From: an uncultured bacterium
GTDB taxonomy: Bacteria; GCA-001730085
Length of the DNA: 32,000 nt
Assembly: GCA_964565945.1 (NCBI GenBank)
Contig: CAZMGY010000010.1
Coordinates: 59,344-91,343, forward strand
Direction of reading: 5' to 3'
Position numbers and translations under genes: made by a program. The notes under the pieces are model-generated. The model was not told the origin of the DNA. It made no database searches and saw only the letters and a list, made by a program, of their open reading frames with translations. Numbering within the stretch: position 1 is the stretch's first letter; every line of letters begins with the position of its first letter. Shown in pieces: positions 17,402 through 24,580 of the stretch.

Positions 17402-17652
17402 ATCTGTTGAAACTTCAGGTCGTAAGCAAGCCTAAATATTAGAATGGGGCAGAGGGCGAAAGTAAGCTTTTTCTGGATATGAGCATAAAGGAATTGAAGA
17501 GAGGTTAATGCTATGGGGAGTTGCAAAACAATAAAACTTTACTGAAGATGAAAAACTTAGACCTCTAATCGATGATAAAATTTTAAGTGCTTTGATGTTT
17601 ATGCAGACAGATTCCTTCTATTTCCCCCAGCGCTTGCGCAGGAAATTTTAGA

Positions 17653-17961
17653 TCATTGACGATAGGCCCCCTGGTTTGTTTGCTTAATGATGAATTTTTC
17701 TTCGGGGCTGTAGGCGCGAATGGTGAGGGCATGAATGCCTCCCTCAATATTCGATTTAAGCAAATCGTAAACCATGCGATGCCGTTGAATTAGACTCTGT
17801 TCTTCGAAAGCGTGACTGACAAGAGAGATTTTGAAGTGTGTTTCATCTCTTCCTGTGTGACCATTATGTCCAGCATGAACAGAGCTTTCATCAATCACCT
17901 CTAGGTGTGACGGTTGAAAGTGATCGGTGAGTTTAGTTGTGATGAGATCTTTTTTAGACAT
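17653..17961 (-). CDS. bolA: BolA family protein
   Basis: LEVIDESSVHAGH...THFKISLVS..F...S.I.RHRMVY..L......IHAL is the BolA signature. Its ATG overlaps the upstream gene's stop (ATGTCTAA). Confidence 0.85.
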   Translation of the reverse strand: MSKKDLITTKLTDHFQPSHLEVIDESSVHAGHNGHTGRDETHFKISLVSHAFEEQSLIQRHRMVYDLLKSNIEGGIHALTIRAYSPEEKFIIKQTNQGAYRQ

Positions 17962-18712
17962 CTTCGATTCCTTGAATTTGAGGGATTTCGGCGATCAAAG
18001 CCTTTTTGATGCCTTCGTTAACGGTGTATTGTCGGCTACCACAGCCGCCACAAGCTCCAACCATGTTGACTTTGACAATATTGTTTTCAATACCATGAAA
18101 TTTAAGGTCACCGCCATCACGCTTAAGTGAAGGACGCACTTTTTGATCGAAAAAGCGAGCCACTTGTTGTAAAAGTTCTATATCTCCTGGAAGTCCATCG
18201 ATAGAGAGAGGTTCAATCTGAGCTATGGTGATGTCTCCAGGATAATCCATCATGCCACCTTGAACGTTGACCATCTGAGTATAGCCATGACGAAATAAAA
18301 TTTTGCAGGCGGTCGCAGAGCGAGCTCCGCGAGCACAAATGGCAATGATCTGATGTTTGTGGTTTGGGATTTGTCCTAGACGAGATTCGAGTTGTCCCAC
18401 TTCGATATGCATGGCGCCGTCAATATGGCCTAGGTTCCACTCCTCATCAGTACGAACGTCGAGAAGTAGTGTGTCGGGATATTTGTTACGGTAGTTATCG
18501 AGCTCGTTGGAGTGAATGGATGCATAAGGGCTTCCTTGGCGTATAGCTTCGGGATCAACGCTCTGTTGCTCGGCCAGTTGAGCTACCTGATGCCTGAGAA
18601 TATGAAGAGCGTCCTCTTGCAAACTTTGCAATTGCTGCACGTGCGCTTTTAGCCGATCGATGCAACGTTCAAGATCGTTGATTTTGTCGTTATAGTTACT
18701 TTTTTGGAACAT
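17954..18712 (-). CDS. Fusion protein: N-terminal coiled-coil, rhodanese domain, Nfu/NifU C-terminal Fe-S carrier domain
   Basis: Rhodanese: LLLDVRTDEEWNLGHIDGAMHI and the active-site loop CARGARS. Nfu: VRPSLKRDGGDLKF...VKVNMVGACGGCGS (CxxC). ATG 18712 with a GGAGG SD is preferred over the track's start at 18745. Confidence 0.8.
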   Translation of the reverse strand: MFQKSNYNDKINDLERCIDRLKAHVQQLQSLQEDALHILRHQVAQLAEQQSVDPEAIRQGSPYASIHSNELDNYRNKYPDTLLLDVRTDEEWNLGHIDGAMHIEVGQLESRLGQIPNHKHQIIAICARGARSATACKILFRHGYTQMVNVQGGMMDYPGDITIAQIEPLSIDGLPGDIELLQQVARFFDQKVRPSLKRDGGDLKFHGIENNIVKVNMVGACGGCGSRQYTVNEGIKKALIAEIPQIQGIEDV

Positions 18713-18716
18713 AATA

Positions 18717-19199
18717 TTAGCCTCCGTAAGACCAAGGGGTATCATTTAACAGAATTGGTTCAAAGTGTGAAATCAGTTTTTTGGCATTAGTGATTTCGGC
18801 GATCAAAATAGCATGATCTCCGTTGGTGTCCACAATGGTCACATGTTGACTCTCTAAATAAGCTATGGCACTTTCGAGAATAGGCGCACCTGTTTGATCT
18901 CTGCTGAAAGGATAACCTGCTAAGCGGGAGCCTTCTTGTTTGGCGGGCTTAAAAAAATGCTCAAAGACTTCTTGTTGATCTTTGCCCAAGTAGTTGATGC
19001 TCAGTATCGGATTTTTTTGAATCAGTTCGTATGAGAAGGAATCTTTGTGAATACCAATGGTGACCATGGGAGGTTTAAGAGAGCATTGCGAAATCCACGT
19101 GGCGGTGAAAGCATTGACGGTATCTTCGTGTGTGACACCAACAATGTAGAGGCCATAGGGGATAGATTTGAGAAGTTGTTTTTTAGCTTGTAAATCCAT
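18717..19199 (-). CDS. Flavin reductase-like (FMN-binding split-barrel) protein
   Basis: YGLYIVGV...NAFTATWISQCSLKPPMVTIGI is typical of the flavin reductase-like domain. ATG 19199 with an AAGGA SD is preferred over the track's TTG 19205. Confidence 0.75.
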   Translation of the reverse strand: MDLQAKKQLLKSIPYGLYIVGVTHEDTVNAFTATWISQCSLKPPMVTIGIHKDSFSYELIQKNPILSINYLGKDQQEVFEHFFKPAKQEGSRLAGYPFSRDQTGAPILESAIAYLESQHVTIVDTNGDHAILIAEITNAKKLISHFEPILLNDTPWSYGG

Positions 19200-19211
19200 A
19201 GTCAAAATCCT

Positions 19212-19505
19212 TTATGTTATGATTGATTGCCTAATGGTTTGAAAAATCTCTTGAATAGCTTCCGCTCTGATATTATCAAACCATAGTTTCTGTGGCATCA
19301 CAAGAATATTGGGTCCGTCGACACAACTGCCCAAACAGCCAGTTTCGCTCACCCGAACTTGCTTGTGAAGCTGATGTTGTTGCACTAATTTTTTGAGTTG
19401 GTCTTTGAATTGTTGTCCTTCAGTACCACAGGCGTCACAGTTTGTTTCACGTTCGCGTGTGCAAACAAGTACATATGATTCAAAGGGTGGCTTAGTTGCT
19501 TTCAT
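19212..19505 (-). CDS. Thioredoxin-like [2Fe-2S] ferredoxin
   Basis: VLVCT...C..CG...ETGCLGSCVDGPNILVMP gives the Cys pattern of thioredoxin-like 2Fe-2S ferredoxins. ATG 19505 with a GGGAGA SD is preferred over 19529. Confidence 0.72.
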   Translation of the reverse strand: MKATKPPFESYVLVCTRERETNCDACGTEGQQFKDQLKKLVQQHQLHKQVRVSETGCLGSCVDGPNILVMPQKLWFDNIRAEAIQEIFQTIRQSIIT

Positions 19506-19568
19506 GCCTTCATATCTCCCAAAATCCATTGTATGCCAGAAATCAAAATAGGGTAAAATTTAACTTGC

Positions 19569-21251
19569 TTAAGAGGTTTCATCGATATTGAGTTTAAGTA
19601 GCTTAGAAGAAATGAAGCTTTGGTACATGCGCCGATCGAAGCAACCACAAATACGATTGTCGTCATCTACAATAGGAAGCATTCCTAATCTGTAGGTGTT
19701 CATATAAGCTTTGGCTTCTTTTAACGTTGTAGCGACATTAACTTGATGTTGATAAGGGTGTTTGATATCGTAGCCCAGCATGAGTGGGGGGTCGCGTTCT
19801 AACATCAAGGATTGTTTGATGCTTTCGATATTGATAACCCCTGTGAGTTGTTGTTGTTGATTGGCGACTGGAAATTGCGTGTACTTGCTTTCGGAGAACA
19901 GTGAAATGATATCTTGCAAAGGAGTGTTTTCGTAGATGATAGGATAGTTAGGGTCCATCAGCTCTTTGGTTTTGAGTTCAAGAAGGTCCTTTTCGGTGAT
20001 GTTTTTATGCGTTTCGTTGGCTTTTGAGATGGCCATTTTCACACAGTAAGGTCCGATTAGTTGCACCACAAAAGTTGAGGCGGTGATGATCACTACGATC
20101 ATTTGGCCTGCAGGATCGGGTAAATTTTGGGCGGCGACAATAGATAAGCCAATGGAAACTCCAGCTTGGCTGAATAAGCAAAGAGGTAAATATGTTTGAA
20201 TGGAAGGGTGGGCCTTGCATAATTTTGCACCCAAGTAGGAGCCTAGCATTTTGCCCGAAGTTCGTCCGATCAAATAGATAAGCACAAACATAAGAAGTAA
20301 TTCAGTTATGGCCCCCAAATGGAGTTTAGCTCCAATGAGAACAAAGAAAAGAACGTAGACTGGTGGAGCAAAGTTGTTGAGGAGTTGAAACATCTCCTTG
20401 CTAAGCTGTGGAGCTTTGTTGACGACTACTGCGCCTAAGACCATGGCAGCTAAAATCATACTGGTGTTAATAGCCATCGATAATCCCAAAACAAACATGA
20501 GCATGCCTAAAAGAAGAACGAGCACTCGTTCTTTTTGATGAGTATAGTGCTGGACGGCTGTCATCAGAGTGAGTCCACACAGTAGCCCTATGAGAATGGC
20601 TCCTCCTATTTCATAGGTTGGGTGAAGGAGCATTTGCCACAAGCTTTCTTGCTTATCTCCCAAAATTTTATGAGCGACACTGGATGATAAGGCAAAAAGA
20701 ATAAGGGCCAAGGCGTCATCGAGTGCAACAATTCCAAAAATAGTTGTGGTGAGAGGGCCTTTGGATCGATATTCCCATAATACATCTGTGGTGGCCGCAG
20801 GAGCTGTTGCGGAGGCAATGGCTCCCAGCATAACGGCTAAGCTCCAGGCGAGGGCTGCGTTTCCAAGGAGGTAAGTGCCTAAAAATCCAATGAAAAGTGT
20901 GACTAATGTGAAAGAAATAAGCCCTTCGCAGAGAAGAATCGTGAGAAATTGTTTTCCATATTTCATGAGAATGTTTGTTTTAAGTTCTCCGCCAATCATG
21001 AAGCCAATCAGGCCTAAAGCAAAATAGTTGAGAGGTTTGAGCGTTTGAATCATATCTATGTCGATCATATTGAGGCCACTTCGGCCGAGCAGAAGGCCAA
21101 CAATGATATACCCGACCACTTGTGGGATCTTGGCTTTTTGAAAAATACGTGCGCCTAGAGTTCCTCCGAAAAGAGCAATGGACAGAATAAAAAGAACATT
21201 TAAATGAAATAGGGAGATATTAGGTATAAGATTTATTAGTGAATCTGCCAT
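19569..21251 (-). CDS. CPA2-type cation:proton antiporter with C-terminal CBS pair
   Basis: ~12 hydrophobic helices with Kef/NapA-like text (GARIFQKAKIPQVVGYIIVGLLLG, ALDDALALILF). The C-terminal ~130 aa resembles tandem CBS domains (LPIVDDDNRICG). ATG 21251 (AAGG SD) is preferred over the track's GTG 21284. Confidence 0.82.
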   Translation of the reverse strand: MADSLINLIPNISLFHLNVLFILSIALFGGTLGARIFQKAKIPQVVGYIIVGLLLGRSGLNMIDIDMIQTLKPLNYFALGLIGFMIGGELKTNILMKYGKQFLTILLCEGLISFTLVTLFIGFLGTYLLGNAALAWSLAVMLGAIASATAPAATTDVLWEYRSKGPLTTTIFGIVALDDALALILFALSSSVAHKILGDKQESLWQMLLHPTYEIGGAILIGLLCGLTLMTAVQHYTHQKERVLVLLLGMLMFVLGLSMAINTSMILAAMVLGAVVVNKAPQLSKEMFQLLNNFAPPVYVLFFVLIGAKLHLGAITELLLMFVLIYLIGRTSGKMLGSYLGAKLCKAHPSIQTYLPLCLFSQAGVSIGLSIVAAQNLPDPAGQMIVVIITASTFVVQLIGPYCVKMAISKANETHKNITEKDLLELKTKELMDPNYPIIYENTPLQDIISLFSESKYTQFPVANQQQQLTGVINIESIKQSLMLERDPPLMLGYDIKHPYQHQVNVATTLKEAKAYMNTYRLGMLPIVDDDNRICGCFDRRMYQSFISSKLLKLNIDETS

Positions 21252-21339
21252 GCTTAGAGCCTTTAAATCTACAAAATTGAACACAAAAGCTAAATAACCA
21301 TCATATCAAATTTTAGTCAAGAAGATAGGGATACTTTGT

Positions 21340-22467
21340 TTATACCATGAGCTTTGTGAGTGCTTCTTGGTAAACAATATTGACATCAATTTGTTCCATG
21401 CAATTAACATGGGCACAGGACGTGTTGCTTTGAAAGTTACGATCGCAGGGGCGACACTCGATATGACTGTGTACGACAGTTTGGATAGCTGTATTGTAAG
21501 GAGCCCAGACTTTTTCGTTGCTAGGTCCAAAAAGAGCGATGGTGGGGGTTTTGGTGGCATATGCAATGTGAATGGCGCAGGTGTCGACAGAAATGAGGAG
21601 GTTGGCGAGGCGAATCACTTCGATGAATTCGGCGAAGGACAGTTGGTTGCATAAGTTTATGATGCGGTCAGATTTTAGGGCATTGAAAATAGGATCGATC
21701 AGATGTTGCTCCGATTCGATGCCTGTGTAAATCAGTCCTAAAGAAGAGTGAGTCAAAATTTTTTCGGACAAATCGATGAACTTTTGGGAAGGCCAACGTT
21801 TGTGGCGTCCGAGTGCTGGTGCGTGGATAATAATCCATTGCGAAGGGGTATGCGGTTCACAGTGTTTGTGAAGGCGTTTTTGAACGTTTTGGCGGCTATG
21901 TTCGTTTTGAGGGACATAGCCCGACTTATCGAGGATTTGAAGACCTAGGCGTTGGGGTATTCCCAAATAATTTTCCACTTCATGGCGAATTTCGGAGACC
22001 CAGGGAATATAGTGATGATAGCGCCATGGAAAAAACCAGGGGGTGTAAAATCCTGCCCGAAAAGTATAGAGGTGACTGATATGAAGAGGGAGAAAAAAAC
22101 GTTTTAAGTCCATAAGTGAATTGTGAAAGTCAATGATGATATCAAACTTATGGGCTTTGAGGTCGTCGATCATAGTGGCTTTATGTGGTTGGTAGACAAT
22201 AATTTTGTTATCGGGCACTAGACCTCTAAAGATATTCTTGCCTTCAGGGGAACAGACAATGTAGCAATCATAGCGTTTGATGTTGAGAAAAGCTTTGATG
22301 GCAGGCGTGAGAACTACTGAATCACCTATTTTGAGGGTGTGGAACAAACAAACTTTGCCTTGATGGGGAATTTTGCGGGCATGTACAAAAATACTCATCA
22401 GTTGACCGAGCACTTTAAGAAGCTGTCGTTTAACAAGATAACTAAGGCGTCCAAGAGACTTGCACAT
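21340..22467 (-). CDS. Glycosyltransferase family 9 (LPS heptosyltransferase-like)
   Basis: LKIGDSVVLTPAIKAF and the C-terminal LLISVDTCAIHIAYATKTPTIALFGPS match GT9. A strong AGGAG SD precedes ATG 22467. Confidence 0.8.
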   Translation of the reverse strand: MCKSLGRLSYLVKRQLLKVLGQLMSIFVHARKIPHQGKVCLFHTLKIGDSVVLTPAIKAFLNIKRYDCYIVCSPEGKNIFRGLVPDNKIIVYQPHKATMIDDLKAHKFDIIIDFHNSLMDLKRFFLPLHISHLYTFRAGFYTPWFFPWRYHHYIPWVSEIRHEVENYLGIPQRLGLQILDKSGYVPQNEHSRQNVQKRLHKHCEPHTPSQWIIIHAPALGRHKRWPSQKFIDLSEKILTHSSLGLIYTGIESEQHLIDPIFNALKSDRIINLCNQLSFAEFIEVIRLANLLISVDTCAIHIAYATKTPTIALFGPSNEKVWAPYNTAIQTVVHSHIECRPCDRNFQSNTSCAHVNCMEQIDVNIVYQEALTKLMV

Positions 22468-22549
22468 TGTAAGCTCCTTTCGGTTATAGTTATGTGTTAG
22501 ATTTATTATTCTAATTCAAATTGATCTTTTAAGTCAAGGAGTGCTCGGG

Positions 22550-23629
22550 ATGTCTTTTTTTGAACAACGTATCCAAAATGTGCGTAACCATATGCAAGAA
22601 CATAATGTGAAAGCCTTATTTATTAATCATTCAACCCATGTGCGTTATTTGAGTGGGTTTACTGGATCGGATGGGGCCGTGTTGGTGACGCTTAAGGAGG
22701 CTTATTTCTTTTCGGATCGTCGCTACGAAGAACAATCTCAAAACGAAGTGAAGCACTGTCATGTTCATATGATTCGTCGAAGCTATTTGGATACGATTAA
22801 AGAGTTAAATTTGCTCGAAGGCGTGTCTCGCGTAGGGTTTGAAGGACAGTATTTGACGGTAGTTGCTTGGCAGCGTTTGCAAAGGGTTTTTCCCGATGTG
22901 GAATGGATGTCGGTCAGGGGTGTTTTGGAACGTTTGGGAGCGGTGAAAGACTCCGAAGAAATCGAATTTCTCAAAAAAGCGGTGGCAATCACCGATGAGG
23001 TTTTTACGGTTATATTGTCCGAGCTTAAGGTGGGCGTTTCAGAACGCATGATTGCTACAAAGATATCCTATCTTATGAAGGAGTGTGGGGCTGAAGGGGA
23101 TAGTTACGATCCGATTGTGGCGAGTGGGGCTAATTCGGCTTTGCCTCATGCTCATCCTGGTAAGAGAATCTTGCAGGAAGGTGATTTTATTGTGATGGAT
23201 TTTGGGGCTTTGTACGGGGGCTATCATGCCGATATGACGCGAACCGTTGTGGTGGGTGAACCTTCGGATAAGCATCGAGAGATCTATGATTTAGTTCTCA
23301 AGTCTCAGCTGGCGGGCATTGCTGCTGCTAAAGCCGGCATGACTGGTGCTGAGTTAGATCATGTGTGCCGATCTATCCTAGATGATGCTGGTTATGGAGA
23401 GCAGTTTTGTCATTCGACTGGGCACGGTATTGGCCTTGAAGTGCATACACACCCGCCCGTTTCAGGAGGAAACACCGAACCTCTGCTGGAAAATTATGTG
23501 ATCACGATTGAGCCAGGTATTTACTTGCCAGGATGGGGAGGTGTGCGGATCGAGGACGACTGTTGGATTCAAAGCGAGAGTTGCTTGTCCTTGAATCACG
23601 CTTCTAAGGAACTGATCAGCGTCGGGTGA
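22550..23629 (+). CDS. M24 family Xaa-Pro aminopeptidase/dipeptidase
   Basis: Creatinase-like N-domain, then metal ligands in FIVMDFGALYGGYHADMTRT, HSTGHGIGLEVH, TIEPGIY and VRIED. ATG 22550 has an AGGAG SD. Confidence 0.9.
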   Translation: MSFFEQRIQNVRNHMQEHNVKALFINHSTHVRYLSGFTGSDGAVLVTLKEAYFFSDRRYEEQSQNEVKHCHVHMIRRSYLDTIKELNLLEGVSRVGFEGQYLTVVAWQRLQRVFPDVEWMSVRGVLERLGAVKDSEEIEFLKKAVAITDEVFTVILSELKVGVSERMIATKISYLMKECGAEGDSYDPIVASGANSALPHAHPGKRILQEGDFIVMDFGALYGGYHADMTRTVVVGEPSDKHREIYDLVLKSQLAGIAAAKAGMTGAELDHVCRSILDDAGYGEQFCHSTGHGIGLEVHTHPPVSGGNTEPLLENYVITIEPGIYLPGWGGVRIEDDCWIQSESCLSLNHASKELISVG

Positions 23630-23683
23630 ACTTAAACTGTTGTGTGTTATCACTACAAGTCTCTACAAGGTTAAACAGCAAAC

Positions 23684-23717
23684 AATCTGCGGATGAGGTC
23701 AATCTTGCCCGCTGATT
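23684..23717. terminator. Weak candidate bidirectional hairpin between convergent genes
   Basis: AATCTGCGG, a 16-nt loop, CCGCTGATT: a 9-bp stem with one mismatch. The flanking T/A runs are poor. Confidence 0.25.
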
Positions 23718-23734
23718 GCGGATTGAAATCTTTT

Positions 23735-24208
23735 TTACTTCCGAGAAGGTGCAGCGCTTTTAGGCTTATTGGCGGTGTATTGTTCTGGTGTGGCGCTAAT
23801 CGTGCCCATTTTGGTGCCGTCGTTGTTGCGATACAAGTAAGAAATTGTGATGCCTTTGGACAAAAATGTCATCACACTAGGATCTTGAAGCATGCGCGGT
23901 TGAATGTTAGGAATGATTTGCGTTTTCAAATTGTCAATCACAGCCTCAGGGGTTGTTGAATTAACGGAAACAATTGTGAATTCATATGTCAGGTGGTTTT
24001 TATTAGTGATGTTGATTTTATCGAGACGAGTGCTTTCATCCATCATTGTGGGAAGGGTTTTATTGCTTTTTTCCACATCTTGTTTGATTTTCTTAAATTC
24101 TGATAAAGTGTTATTTTTAAGAAGATTAATCACGGCAACTGAAACTGCAACACCGACAACTAACAAGATAACTTTAGCCCATGAACCTGAGAATTTAGTT
24201 TGAGACAT
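23735..24208 (-). CDS. Hypothetical N-terminally membrane-anchored (probably periplasmic) protein
   Basis: TM anchor WAKVILLVVGVAVSVAVINLL. The body (LPTMMDESTRLDKINITNKNHLTYEFTIV...ISYLYRNNDG) tentatively resembles the PA3611/QSregVF_b-type periplasmic family, from memory only. It has its own good promoter and SD. Confidence 0.6.
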   Translation of the reverse strand: MSQTKFSGSWAKVILLVVGVAVSVAVINLLKNNTLSEFKKIKQDVEKSNKTLPTMMDESTRLDKINITNKNHLTYEFTIVSVNSTTPEAVIDNLKTQIIPNIQPRMLQDPSVMTFLSKGITISYLYRNNDGTKMGTISATPEQYTANKPKSAAPSRK

Positions 24209-24259
24209 TATCAATAACCCCCACCTTTTAATAGTTTGAAAAAAAAAAGACCCTCAGTA

Positions 24260-24288
24260 ATTGTAGCATAGCTTACCATTATTTCCAA
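24260..24288 (-). promoter_or_regulatory. Candidate sigma70 promoter (TTGGAA, 17 nt spacer, TACAAT) for the 23735-24208 gene
   Basis: On the - strand, TTGGAA is the complement of 24283-24288 and TACAAT the complement of 24260-24265, with an exact 17-nt spacer. A T10 run lies in the predicted 5' UTR. Confidence 0.45.
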
Positions 24289-24510
24289 GGGCAAATGATT
24301 GTTTTAAGCAAGCAAGGGGCGAGTTATGGTGGAGAAATGACGAAAAAATGAATATGTTTGGAGGGAATTCCTGTTTCAAGTGTGTTCGTCGAGGTTTAAA
24401 AAGGGTTTTTTAAAAGAGAATTTGCAAAAGAGAGTTTTTTTGCAGGAAGAAAAAAGTAAAAAGTTGTCTTTTTGCGTCAAACTTGATGTTTTTAGACTGA
24501 GATAAAATGA

Positions 24511-24539
24511 TTGTTGCTCAAAGATAATTATGCTAAAAT
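24511..24539 (+). promoter_or_regulatory. Candidate sigma70 promoter for aceE-aceF-lpdA (TTGTTG, 17 nt spacer, TAAAAT)
   Basis: Hexamers at 24511-24516 and 24534-24539. An AAGGA SD lies upstream of ATG 24581. Confidence 0.4.
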
Positions 24540-24580
24540 AGCGCGTATTTTATGGTAGCTTGAAGTAAGGATGTTTTTAT

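Noticed and set aside
17402-17652. 251-nt gene-free spacer between convergent xerC and bolA; examined for tRNA, SRP/6S-like RNA, a small ORF, a terminator or a dif site
   Set aside because: I found no cloverleaf, conserved ncRNA motif or convincing hairpin, only a GCGC-TT-GCGC mini-palindrome near 17628-17640. The longest peptides are about 15-17 aa without an SD. An sRNA cannot be excluded, but nothing in the sequence supports one.
24349-24414. 21-aa ORF MNMFGGNSCFKCVRRGLKRVF with a CxxC pair in the aceE upstream region
   Set aside because: It has no SD and sits between two outward-facing promoter candidates. Its length and composition are consistent with chance.
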